A stretch of DNA of 64,000 nt from contig JAYNUQ010000002.1 of NCBI GenBank assembly GCA_038116375.1, positions 26,766-90,765 of the forward strand. Reading direction: 5' to 3'. This document shows positions 55,064-63,720 of the stretch, one piece after another. The translations under genes and the position numbers were made by a program. Source of the stretch: Candidatus Poseidoniales archaeon. GTDB taxonomy: Archaea > Thermoplasmatota > Poseidoniia > Poseidoniales > Poseidoniaceae. The notes under the pieces were generated by a model. The model worked only from the letters and a program-made list of their open reading frames with translations, had not been told where the DNA came from and did no database searches. How positions within the stretch are numbered: position 1 is the first letter of the stretch; each line of letters starts with the position of its first letter.

Positions 55064-55825
55064 ATGGAATCGCCGCCCTCTGCACCGTTTTTCACCGACG
55101 AGTACGGTTCGAGTTACCGATTGGTTGAGCCAGGAACATTTTTGCTCGGCGATGAGGGAGGTGCGGGTAATCCCAGCGAACGTCCAGCACACGTTGTTGA
55201 GATTACACAACCGTTCTTCCTGGCTGAGCGGCCGGTCACCCAAGCATGCTGGCTCGATGTTATGGGGGAGAATCCATCCAAATTTCAGGACGGATGGAGT
55301 GCAGGTCTGCGTCCAGTTGAACAGATCAACATGGACGATATCGACCAATTCCTTGCCCGATTGAACGCACGGGATACTGATGTCATCTACCTTGGATTGA
55401 GAGGCCGGTGGCGTCTTCCGTCTGAATCGGAGTGGGAATATGCATCGCGAGCCGGAACACGAACACGATGGTGGTTTGGCGACAAGGACATTGAACTCGA
55501 TGAACACGGATGGCATGCGGGAAATTCGGGAGGTTCGACACGAGAAGTTGGTCTGAAAAAAGCAAATCCTTGGGGCTTTTTTGACCTGAACGGCCTGGTG
55601 CAAGAATGGTGTGCGGACCATTGGATGAAGCACTTCGAAATCGCGAGAACACAATCGCCTTTCATCCTCGAAGGAAGCGACCGTCATGTCGTACGAGGCG
55701 GTTCATGGTTTACAGAGAGTGATTCAACCCGAAGCGGTTCTCGTTCGTTTGCGAATCGTAGGAAACGAAGCGATGGGCTTGGCCTACGATTGGTGTGGGA
55801 GCCGCTTGATGAGCAAATCACCTGA
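55064..55825 (+). CDS. formylglycine-generating enzyme (SUMF1/FGE) family domain protein
   Basis: FFLAERPVTQACW, RLPSESEWEYASRAG, NPWGFFDLNGLVQEWCAD and VVRGGSWF are present. Confidence 0.8.
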   Translation: MESPPSAPFFTDEYGSSYRLVEPGTFLLGDEGGAGNPSERPAHVVEITQPFFLAERPVTQACWLDVMGENPSKFQDGWSAGLRPVEQINMDDIDQFLARLNARDTDVIYLGLRGRWRLPSESEWEYASRAGTRTRWWFGDKDIELDEHGWHAGNSGGSTREVGLKKANPWGFFDLNGLVQEWCADHWMKHFEIARTQSPFILEGSDRHVVRGGSWFTESDSTRSGSRSFANRRKRSDGLGLRLVWEPLDEQIT

Positions 55826-55829
55826 TTGC

Positions 55830-56339
55830 TCAAACGGCTTCGTCAGGCAGTGGATGAACATCAAACAAATGGTCCTCGGGTAGGTCTGAAAGCGTTTGAT
55901 GTTCTGGAGTTCTTCCCGGACCAATGAACCAACGTTGATTCAACGGTTCATCGAGCATCAGCATGAGGTTGTTGCGTTGAAAAAGGCTCACGGCAGCAGC
56001 GGTTCGCTGCATAACAGGTGCGATGTCTTCGTGAAAGACATCGTTCATGGCAGCACAAACTTCACCAAACGTACGGCTGCCGTCGCAGAGTTCCCAAAGA
56101 AGACTGTTCATCATGTCGAGTGGACGGCGAAGTTCCTTGGGGGCTCGAAGAAAACCAGCGATGGCCCCTTCAATTCGGCCGAATTGTTTTGGTATCCTCA
56201 AAACGATACTTCGGCCAGTGACGCCACGAAGATTGGGGTCCCTGTGAACGTCCCCTGTGCGAGCCCACCAAACTGGGGTGCGACAAGGAAACTGTTGAGA
56301 GAGAGGATGGTGCTCCAGACCTGCCAACTCCTCCATCAC
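55830..56339 (-). CDS. PqqD-like (RiPP recognition element-type) domain protein
   Basis: RPLDMMNSLLWELCDGSRTFGEVCAAMNDVFHEDIAPVMQRTAAAVSLFQRNNLMLML follows the PqqD pattern (L.lN..a..iWelcDG.rt..ei...l...y......v..dv..fl..L...gl). A GGAGGTGG SD-like site lies just upstream. Confidence 0.6.
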   Translation of the reverse strand: MMEELAGLEHHPLSQQFPCRTPVWWARTGDVHRDPNLRGVTGRSIVLRIPKQFGRIEGAIAGFLRAPKELRRPLDMMNSLLWELCDGSRTFGEVCAAMNDVFHEDIAPVMQRTAAAVSLFQRNNLMLMLDEPLNQRWFIGPGRTPEHQTLSDLPEDHLFDVHPLPDEAV

Positions 56340-56347
56340 TCCACCTC

Positions 56348-56521
56348 CTAAAACTCAAGCCATGTCCATGATACCAGCGTCAGCATCGACGCCACTCCAA
56401 GCAATGCCATGGTGCGTGTGAGCTGAACTCGCTGTGTGAAATGGCGCAGGTACCAGGTGGCCACGCCGCATACGGCCACGATGAACCAAAGCGCATACCA
56501 GGCAGGTGGATAGGTCTCCAC
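56348..56521 (-). CDS. hidden small two-TM membrane protein (57 aa, GTG start)
   Basis: Manual translation of the gap between the 1187-aa gene and the PqqD-like gene gives (V/M)ETYPPAWYALWFIVAVCGVATWYLRHFTQRVQLTRTMALLGVASMLTLVSWTWLEF. This is two clean hydrophobic helices, and the stop lies 8 nt before the PqqD-like start. The ORF is below the 60-aa cut-off of the ORF track. Two other frames here are also open, with non-membrane-like products. Confidence 0.4.
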   Translation of the reverse strand: METYPPAWYALWFIVAVCGVATWYLRHFTQRVQLTRTMALLGVASMLTLVSWTWLEF

Positions 56522-56533
56522 GTTGGAGCGTCA

Positions 56534-59500
56534 TCAAAGCGTTCCATCAAGGTATTGTTGGCCGTAGTATTCCCATTGTTCCTGTGTCCAACCCGCTGGG
56601 AGGCCCGCTTCGGGAAGTGGAGGCCCTCGTAGTCCACCTTCCTGGTTTGATACCGGCGGCCCTGAAACAACGGATGCTTCGCTTTGGTTCTGAGCGGCGG
56701 ACATGTTCTCTGCTTGTTGGATGGATGTGGGCGGCCCTGATTGCTGGTGCACAAGCGTTTCAAATTCATCCTCGCCCCTTGCTCTTCCTCGCATGAAGAA
56801 CACAAGCGCAGCGATAAAGGCCAAACCGCCTAACCCACCTGCGGCAACGACGGCTGACGAGAGGGTTTCTTCAGCGACCGGCGCATCAAACTTCAATTCA
56901 ATGCTGGATTCGGATTTGATGTATCCATCGGTGGTTTGTGTGGTGATCAGCACCGTACCCTCAAGCGGACCGCTCAACCTCAAGACCTCACAGCGGAGTT
57001 GATTTGTCTGAGGCGTCACGTGGCCCGGCGTGAAACTGAGGACGATGCCAGATTCGTTGACCAGTCGTTTATCACACGTGATTTGCCATCCTTCACGCTG
57101 AGAAAAGGTGACCAGAACATCCTCGTTGATGCTGGAGGTTGAAGACTGATTCAGCAGGAGGAGTGCAGTCGTTCCAGACGGGACCGGGTTGTCCTGTCCT
57201 TGGCCGACTTCCGTGGTCAGTTGGCGTTGTTGGTTGAGCATGACCAAAGCTTGGACGCTCATCGGCATCGGAAGCCCTGTTTCATCCACGGCGCCTTTCA
57301 CCTCAAATTGAACAACGAATCGGGTGTTCAGCGGAGCATCGTCTGGAATCAACACGTCCATTCGCAATCGAAGTTCTCCACCTGCAGGTACGAGGACAGG
57401 AACATCCTGTGCAAGAGCACGATCACCACCCTCAACCGTGAAGAACGCGATTAAGCCTGCAACCGGGGGGGAGGATGATACTGATGCGTGAACGGACAGT
57501 CGGTTCTCAACGGCATTGCCTGTGTTCATCAGGAGTGCCTCAGCAAAGGCTGTACCCCCCGCCATGGTGCCGGTCGATTGGTTGGCGAGCACGATGGTTG
57601 GGATGCGAATAGAGGCGGTGGTCATGATCACTTCCAGTTCGTTATCTTCTGCGTTTTGATCTGCGCCCTCTCCAACGTGTTGGGCGACGATTCGAACCGT
57701 GTGCAACTCGCCAGCCGACTCTGTCATGGGCAGAAGAATCCACAAACTGATGTCCTTTTCATGTTGCAGATCGTACGACACGCTCAGCGAGATTGGTTGG
57801 GTTATGTTTTCTCCATCGGATGTCAACCACCAGGTCCAGGTGACCGGTATGTCTTCAACACTCAACATCGCATCGGCGGCGCCGTTTCCGTTGTTCACGA
57901 GTTGGAGAACGAGTTCGTTTGCCACTCCAGGCGTCAACTTCGTCGGCGTCGAGAGCGCTTCAACCGCAACATCATGCGTTGTTGTGACTCTGAGTCCATC
58001 GTAACCAACTCCCTGAATTTCCATCAAACTTCGCTTCGATTGCAGTACGGGTGTGATGGTTGGCCCTCTGTCATCGGCCTGAGCGTTTTCAGGCACATCA
58101 ACAACCACCTCAAAGGTGGTGGTGGTTCCTGAATTGAGGACCGCATCAGGTCGTGTGGGCTGGTGCACGGTCCATGCGCCACTGTTTTCTACATCAACGC
58201 GCATTCCAAAGATATCTTGCCGGGATGCGTTGTTCCAAATGGTGTATTTCAGAACAACTTGACTGCCCGCCTCGACGTAGTGCTTGTCTTCACCATCGAG
58301 ACTTGTTAAGGAAACATCCGCTATGCTGATCATCGATGCCGAAACGGCGATGGGTTTGATGTCAATCCGCGAGGTGTCATTTTGTGATTGAAGCGACAGG
58401 TCAAATTCGACGACAGAATCGGGTGCTTCGTCAGCCGGTACGGTCATTGTAAACAATGCCTGGAGGGTTTCATTTGGTCGAATCAACACCGATGTAGATT
58501 GGGTCCAAGCGAGACCTACGGTCCAATCGTTCGGGATGGTTGATGCGTCCATACTGATGTCAAACACGTCGGTGGCTCCGCCCTGATTGGTTAATCCCAC
58601 CTCAAAGGTGCACGTGTAGGACGGTGGGCAACTCGGACGTACGCTCGGAGGCAAAATAACAGGTACACGGTCGGCTTTGACGAGGAACTGAATCGGCAGA
58701 ACAGCATACACCTCTGGATATTGACTTGAAGAGATGTTGACACTCATTTGTTGGAACCCGATGCTTGCATTCTCATCGGGTTGTATTTGGATGCTGAAGG
58801 CGGCAGGGCTGCCAGGCAAGGCAATCAATCCACCAAGCGGGTCAAAACTTGTGCCTGAAGGTCGCGTAAAGTAAGCATCCCACGACGGTGGGAGCCCCTC
58901 GAGCGTTGGAATGAACGAATCCGAGATGTTTCCTGTGTTGATGATTTCCAATGTCACACCACCCCATTCACCGGGGGTAGCTCCGTTGGTCGAGATGCCT
59001 TGTGCTGAGACAGCGTATTCGTTTTGTCGAACTTTTTGGTCGTAGACCAGCACAATATCATCGATGTAGAATCCGATATCGGTCCCAGAAGCATCCGAGG
59101 TGAATTCAAATTTGAATTGAGAGTTGCTGTGAAACAAGTCATCAGCAACGGGTATCAGAGGCGAGGTGTGCCCTTTGTTGCTGACGCTGAACGTTTGCCA
59201 GTTTGCACCGTCGGTGAACACGTTATCAATGGTGCCCGTGATGGAACCGATTTCAGCCCATGCACCGAATCCATTCTTTCCGTAGATCGTGAGTTTATCG
59301 TTCACCGCCGTGGCCCCCGTGTAAAAGAAGGATAATCCGCTGGTTCGGCTCGGATTCTGAACGGCGTCTGAGAGGTCCATGACCGGTGATGTCAGAGAAG
59401 ACAATGCGTTGTTGTTGTAATTGGATGACTGTCCATTTCCAGCATGACAACTACGAGCTTGAGAAATTGAAGTGTCGGTGGAGATTTGCCAACCGCTTCC

Positions 59501-60097
59501 AAAGGTCCACGCAGTGGATGAATCACAGTTGAAGTAATCGTACCCCACGGTGAACGGTTGATTTCGTACGTCGTTCCCAGGTACATCGTCTGAAACCGAT
59601 GATGTTGCTCGGATTTGCAGGGTGTGGTTGCCTGCATATGAAGGACTTACGTCCACTTCCACCGTGTTGGTCGCGCCACCTGAAAGAGAAGCCATTTGGA
59701 CGGTAAGGTTGGTGAATTCGAAGTAAATGTACTCGTCGTGCAGCAAGAGCACATTGATGTCGATGATTCCCGAGGGGTTGGTTCCAAGGTTCTCAACGGA
59801 AATCGTCAACGTTGAGGTGATGTTCACCATCCCGTCAATGACGAAGAGTTCTGCGGGGCGATTGAATCCCAAAATGGGATGATTTGATGAGAACATCTTG
59901 TATTTTCCTTCATCTGCACTGTTTGCGTACCCTACACTGGCTTCGACAACGCGTACATCAACACCGGTTGGATTGGTGGGGCTCTGGGACGTTGACACCT
60001 CGTCAAGGACGGGCGATACAGCAGGTGCACTGCTGCTTAGAAGAAAAACCAGCGCCAAGACGACCGCTCTCGTCCTCATATCCCTCAGAACCAGCAA
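56534..60097 (-). CDS. giant surface protein with CARDB/NEW3-like beta-sandwich repeats and a C-terminal TM anchor
   Basis: The signal peptide is RTRAVVLALVFLLSSSAPAVSP. Repeated patterns of the form ..VTLEIINTGNISDSFIPTLEGLPPSWDAYF.., ..VGLTNQGGATDVFDISMDASTIPNDWTV.. and ..LVLQLVNNGNGAADAMLSVEDIPVTWTW.. are present. A TM segment (AVVAAGGLGGLAFIAALVFF) is followed by a cytoplasmic tail. Confidence 0.7.
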   Translation of the reverse strand: MLVLRDMRTRAVVLALVFLLSSSAPAVSPVLDEVSTSQSPTNPTGVDVRVVEASVGYANSADEGKYKMFSSNHPILGFNRPAELFVIDGMVNITSTLTISVENLGTNPSGIIDINVLLLHDEYIYFEFTNLTVQMASLSGGATNTVEVDVSPSYAGNHTLQIRATSSVSDDVPGNDVRNQPFTVGYDYFNCDSSTAWTFGSGWQISTDTSISQARSCHAGNGQSSNYNNNALSSLTSPVMDLSDAVQNPSRTSGLSFFYTGATAVNDKLTIYGKNGFGAWAEIGSITGTIDNVFTDGANWQTFSVSNKGHTSPLIPVADDLFHSNSQFKFEFTSDASGTDIGFYIDDIVLVYDQKVRQNEYAVSAQGISTNGATPGEWGGVTLEIINTGNISDSFIPTLEGLPPSWDAYFTRPSGTSFDPLGGLIALPGSPAAFSIQIQPDENASIGFQQMSVNISSSQYPEVYAVLPIQFLVKADRVPVILPPSVRPSCPPSYTCTFEVGLTNQGGATDVFDISMDASTIPNDWTVGLAWTQSTSVLIRPNETLQALFTMTVPADEAPDSVVEFDLSLQSQNDTSRIDIKPIAVSASMISIADVSLTSLDGEDKHYVEAGSQVVLKYTIWNNASRQDIFGMRVDVENSGAWTVHQPTRPDAVLNSGTTTTFEVVVDVPENAQADDRGPTITPVLQSKRSLMEIQGVGYDGLRVTTTHDVAVEALSTPTKLTPGVANELVLQLVNNGNGAADAMLSVEDIPVTWTWWLTSDGENITQPISLSVSYDLQHEKDISLWILLPMTESAGELHTVRIVAQHVGEGADQNAEDNELEVIMTTASIRIPTIVLANQSTGTMAGGTAFAEALLMNTGNAVENRLSVHASVSSSPPVAGLIAFFTVEGGDRALAQDVPVLVPAGGELRLRMDVLIPDDAPLNTRFVVQFEVKGAVDETGLPMPMSVQALVMLNQQRQLTTEVGQGQDNPVPSGTTALLLLNQSSTSSINEDVLVTFSQREGWQITCDKRLVNESGIVLSFTPGHVTPQTNQLRCEVLRLSGPLEGTVLITTQTTDGYIKSESSIELKFDAPVAEETLSSAVVAAGGLGGLAFIAALVFFMRGRARGEDEFETLVHQQSGPPTSIQQAENMSAAQNQSEASVVSGPPVSNQEGGLRGPPLPEAGLPAGWTQEQWEYYGQQYLDGTL

Positions 60098-60108
60098 AGT
60101 GGGTCTAT

Positions 60109-60990
60109 CTATTTAGTGCCGATGTCGTCGCTGCTTCCTCCTTCTTCATCAGAGAGGTAGGAATCAACTTCGTTTTTTGCGAGTTCCAATTTCGCTTCGT
60201 CCCTCTTTTCTTTGGCTCGTGCAGCAAAATAGACGGTGAACGAGGGAATGAGAACCATCGAAAAGCAGCCAACGACGGCTGCGAGGGCCCAAAGGAATTC
60301 AGTTGTGGCGTCAACAGAGAAAACAGCGATGCTGGAAAATTCCTCGTTGACGGTTTCCGCTGAAATGCTTGGTTCAGTTGTGCGGTTGCCTTGTTCGATG
60401 ATTTCGATGCGCAGAATCGAGGGTGTGTGGGTGTATTCGATGGCCGCCCTTGCTTTGGATTCTGCTTCGGCGATATCGCTTGCAAAGACAGAACCGTTGG
60501 AGCGCCGTGCAGGGTCAACCGAGGTCAGTGCGTGGAATTCCAAGGTGCCGCCTTCATCGCTCAGTCGTTCGTGTGTCGTTGCGTGTTCACACAAATCCGC
60601 ACATGAAAATTCTTCTTCGAGGGGGTTTTGGAGGCTGTAGGTGGTCCCGAGAAGTTCATGGCTGAAGAGTTTCGCTACGTTGGTGACCCTCAGCATGGAA
60701 CCGTCTGAGAGTTCCGTTGCCGTGATGTTCACCCATGTTAGGTTGGCATCGTTGGCAATGACCTGCCAAGCCCATGTTGTGGTGTTTTCGTCTTCATTGT
60801 AGGTGCGGACGACCTCCTCGTCTGCTTCAGATGCGTTGTATTCACTCACGGTTGGTTCGGTTTTGTAGATGTAGACCGAGGGAGAAACCGTGGCGCCATA
60901 GACGGCGTAAGAAAGCATGAAGATCAGCGTCAGGGACAACCCGATGAGGGTTCTCAAAAGGTTGGGATTTTGAGCCAACGCTTTCTTCAT
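60109..60990 (-). CDS. hypothetical bitopic membrane protein (N- and C-terminal TM, extracellular middle)
   Basis: The 293-aa protein has TM segments at LLRTLIGLSLTLIFMLSYAVY and LWALAAVVGCFSMVLIPSFTVYF and an acidic tail. Its stop lies 11 nt upstream of the 1187-aa gene's start on the same strand. Confidence 0.6.
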   Translation of the reverse strand: MKKALAQNPNLLRTLIGLSLTLIFMLSYAVYGATVSPSVYIYKTEPTVSEYNASEADEEVVRTYNEDENTTTWAWQVIANDANLTWVNITATELSDGSMLRVTNVAKLFSHELLGTTYSLQNPLEEEFSCADLCEHATTHERLSDEGGTLEFHALTSVDPARRSNGSVFASDIAEAESKARAAIEYTHTPSILRIEIIEQGNRTTEPSISAETVNEEFSSIAVFSVDATTEFLWALAAVVGCFSMVLIPSFTVYFAARAKEKRDEAKLELAKNEVDSYLSDEEGGSSDDIGTK

Positions 60991-61087
60991 CGTCCAAACC
61001 CACGGGAAGGCTGTTCAAGAAGGCTTGTATTGTGGGGGTTGTCGTGGGTCAGCGCAGGTGCCCTGAACGGAGGCTTGACCCGCTGTT

Positions 61088-61097
61088 TTCATATAGG
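61088..61097 (+). promoter_or_regulatory. putative archaeal TATA box for the rps19e ribosomal-protein cluster
   Basis: TTCATATAGG lies 35-44 nt upstream of the rps19e ATG. The identical 10-mer lies upstream of the SRP RNA. Confidence 0.4.
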
Positions 61098-61131
61098 GGC
61101 GGACGGTCGCCAAGTTGCTTGGTGCATCACG

Positions 61132-61623
61132 ATGACGACGGTCTATGACATCCCTGCTGACATTTTCAACCCTGCCCTTGCGGTAGCAATGGCTGACCAA
61201 GAGGCTGTTTCCATGCCAGATTGGGGCCAATACGTGAAGACGGCTGTGGACCGGGAGCGCCCACCTACTCAAGAAAACTGGTGGTACCTCCGGACGGCAG
61301 CTATCCTACGAAAGGTTGCTCGGAACGGTCCCGTGGGCGTCACGCACTTGGCGCAAGCCTTTGGCGGCAAGAAGGACAACGGGGCCATGCCCAACACACC
61401 GGGCGTCGCCTCACGACACATCATCCGAACCGCTCTTCAGCAACTTGAAGACGCTGGCCTCGTCGAGAAAGTCCCTACCAAAGAGGTCGATACTGAGGAC
61501 GGAAAAGTCCAACTTTACGCCGGTCGCCGGATCACGGCAGCCGGTCAAAAATTGGTTGATAACATCGCTCACTCGGTCCGTGAAGAGACCGAAGCCCAGT
61601 ACCCAGGTCTGGACAAGTATTGA
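61132..61623 (+). CDS. rps19e: 30S ribosomal protein S19e (eS19)
   Basis: MTTVYDIPADIF...WYLRTAAILRKVARNGPVGVTHLAQAFGGKK...RHIIRTALQQLEDAGLVEK is a typical eS19 pattern. Confidence 0.9.
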   Translation: MTTVYDIPADIFNPALAVAMADQEAVSMPDWGQYVKTAVDRERPPTQENWWYLRTAAILRKVARNGPVGVTHLAQAFGGKKDNGAMPNTPGVASRHIIRTALQQLEDAGLVEKVPTKEVDTEDGKVQLYAGRRITAAGQKLVDNIAHSVREETEAQYPGLDKY

Positions 61624-61649
61624 ACCCTGGAAGTGTGAGTGTGCCGACG

Positions 61650-62009
61650 ATGACCGCCAACCACGATGACGAGTTGGCTGCTCTCCGTGCTCAGCGCTTG
61701 AAGCAACTTCAGGACCAACTCCACCAACAAGCATCTCAGCAGTTGGAGGCCGAAGAGCATGCCCAACAACAAGCGGCTGAATCCGCAAACGTTGATGCAA
61801 TCCTGCGCCGACATCTGTCTTCTGACGCTCGTGCACGATTGACTCGCATCGGCTTGGTCGACCCCAAGCGTGCCAATTCCATCAAAGCCGACCTTGCCGC
61901 CATGTTTGAGCAAGGGTCCATCAACACCCCCATGAGTGATGCTGCTCTCAAGCAGGTCCTCGCCCAACTGTCCAAGAGCCGCAGCAATGCGTCCGTCAGG
62001 AGAATCTGA
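61650..62009 (+). CDS. PDCD5/TFAR19-family DNA-binding protein
   Basis: [54 protein letters not shown] is present. The position between rps19e and rpl39e is the conserved archaeal arrangement. Confidence 0.8.
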   Translation: MTANHDDELAALRAQRLKQLQDQLHQQASQQLEAEEHAQQQAAESANVDAILRRHLSSDARARLTRIGLVDPKRANSIKADLAAMFEQGSINTPMSDAALKQVLAQLSKSRSNASVRRI

Positions 62010-62022
62010 GAAGGTGCTCGAA

Positions 62023-62178
62023 ATGTCAAAAAATAAACCAGCAGCAAAGAAAATTCGCCTCTTGAAGGCAGGAAAGCAAAATCGGCGTGTCCCTGTTTGG
62101 GTCATGCTCAAGACCGACCGAAACACGGTGTCTCATCCGAAGCGACACCAATGGCGACGCAGTAAGTTGCAGCGCTGA
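62023..62178 (+). CDS. rpl39e: 50S ribosomal protein L39e (eL39)
   Basis: The sequence is [51 protein letters not shown] (51 aa). It is embedded in a longer ORF-track entry. Confidence 0.9.
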   Translation: MSKNKPAAKKIRLLKAGKQNRRVPVWVMLKTDRNTVSHPKRHQWRRSKLQR

Positions 62179-62188
62179 GGTGAGATGA

Positions 62189-62464
62189 ATGGCACGTCCC
62201 AATGAATCTGAACTCATCGTTCCCTTGCGAAACGCATGGAACATCACGCGCTACAAGCGCGCACCTCGAGCCATGCAAATCATTCGTGAACAAGTGATTC
62301 GCCATTTGAAGGTGAGAGAAGATGAAGAGCTTTACATCGATCCTGAAGTGAACGAACACATCTGGAAGCGGGGTATTGAGAATCCACCTCGAAAGGTTCG
62401 GCTTCTCGTTATTCGACACGATGAACCCGACTTCCCCGTTGAAGTCAAACTGGTGAAGGAGTGA
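62189..62464 (+). CDS. rpl31e: 50S ribosomal protein L31e (eL31)
   Basis: [42 protein letters not shown]...[15 protein letters not shown] is a typical eL31 pattern. Confidence 0.9.
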   Translation: MARPNESELIVPLRNAWNITRYKRAPRAMQIIREQVIRHLKVREDEELYIDPEVNEHIWKRGIENPPRKVRLLVIRHDEPDFPVEVKLVKE

Positions 62465-62469
62465 AATGC

Positions 62470-62661
62470 ATGGGAAATATTCGTCCAAGTTTTATCAAAA
62501 TTCGAGCCATCCGATTGTGTGAAGAACACGGTGAAAAGTTCACCAACGATTTCGACCACAACAAACTCATGGTTTCAGAATTGACCGATGTTGATTCAAA
62601 GAAACTCCGCAATTGGATTGCAGGATACATCACCCGATACCGCCAGCGCCGAACCGATTGA
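62470..62661 (+). CDS. rps17e: 30S ribosomal protein S17e (eS17)
   Basis: The pattern is [57 protein letters not shown]. Confidence 0.85.
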   Translation: MGNIRPSFIKIRAIRLCEEHGEKFTNDFDHNKLMVSELTDVDSKKLRNWIAGYITRYRQRRTD

Positions 62662-62671
62662 TGGTGTTCTC

Positions 62672-62890
62672 GTGACGGTTTGGGTCGATTGGGACCGTCA
62701 ACCGGTAAGCGTCCACGGCGATGTGCAGGAAGAGCTTGAGGCTCTTGTATTGCATCTCAAGCAACATCACAATCTCCGAAAGCGCTCGTTGGTCATGGAA
62801 GACAGGGAAAACGGCGGGTTCCTTTTCTTTCTCTATCAGTCGTGTGATCCACGGTGGATTGCATCCTATCTTCAAGACCGTGAGGGCTGA
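62672..62890 (+). CDS. hypothetical small protein (72 aa, GTG start)
   Basis: This ORF is in-frame within track ORF 62588..62890. It lies on the same strand as all its neighbours, and its stop overlaps the TrmJ-like ATG (TGATG). The antisense ORF 62630..62926 is the alternative reading. I recognise no family. Confidence 0.35.
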   Translation: MTVWVDWDRQPVSVHGDVQEELEALVLHLKQHHNLRKRSLVMEDRENGGFLFFLYQSCDPRWIASYLQDREG

Positions 62891-63720
62891 TGGAGATGGG
62901 TGAACGACAAGACATCCCGCTGCCAACCGGTCCGTTTTCGGTATCGGTTGTGCTGGTGGGCATCACCCACCCTGGTAATCTTGGTGCGATTTGTCGAACC
63001 ATGTTGAACTACGGGTTTGATGATTTGAGACTTGTTCATCCAAAATGCTCACCGAACGACGGGGAAACCCGAGCACGTGCAAAGCACGCATCGCGCCTAC
63101 TGGATGAACTCACGGTCCACGATGACATTGCATCGGCAACGCACGATTGCTCCACCATCATCGGCACGTCAGGGAAGCGTGAAACGGGCGACAAGACCCT
63201 TTTTCGACACTACGTCTACCCCTGGGATATGGTGGAACGCCTCAATCGCTCCGCTGGAAACATTGCGTTGGTCTTTGGTGAGGAAGGAAAAGGCCTCTCA
63301 ACTGAAGACTTGGCGGCATGCGATTACTTCGTCACCCTTCCCACGTGGGAAGGGTATCCGATTGCCAATCTGAGTCATGCTGTTAACGCATTGTTGTATG
63401 AAATCCAACGAGACCGCGTCCTCAGCCAACAGGGCCATGACCCAGGGCTGCCCGATATTGTTCCTCTCGCAGCGCAACTTGAACCCGATGTGCGTGACGC
63501 ATTGACCAAAGCCATTCATCAGTTTGCGATGGCAACGGGTTCAACGAAAGAACGCCAGCACTCCATCGAGATGACCCTCAAGCGAACCCTGCTCAAAGGT
63601 ACGCCCTCCACGGAAGAATCCACCCGAATGATCGGTGCGTTTGTTGAGGCCACCTCGGCCATGGAATTCGCCTCTGGAGACGCATCGTGGAAGAAGGAGC
63701 ACCGTCGAAAATTACGGTGA
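62890..63720 (+). CDS. SpoU/TrmJ-family RNA 2'-O-methyltransferase
   Basis: VVLVGITHPGNLGAICRTMLNYGFDDLRLV, ALVFGEEGKGLSTEDL and ANLSHAVNALLYEI are present. These are SPOUT motifs with a TrmJ-like C-terminal extension. Confidence 0.8.
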   Translation: MEMGERQDIPLPTGPFSVSVVLVGITHPGNLGAICRTMLNYGFDDLRLVHPKCSPNDGETRARAKHASRLLDELTVHDDIASATHDCSTIIGTSGKRETGDKTLFRHYVYPWDMVERLNRSAGNIALVFGEEGKGLSTEDLAACDYFVTLPTWEGYPIANLSHAVNALLYEIQRDRVLSQQGHDPGLPDIVPLAAQLEPDVRDALTKAIHQFAMATGSTKERQHSIEMTLKRTLLKGTPSTEESTRMIGAFVEATSAMEFASGDASWKKEHRRKLR

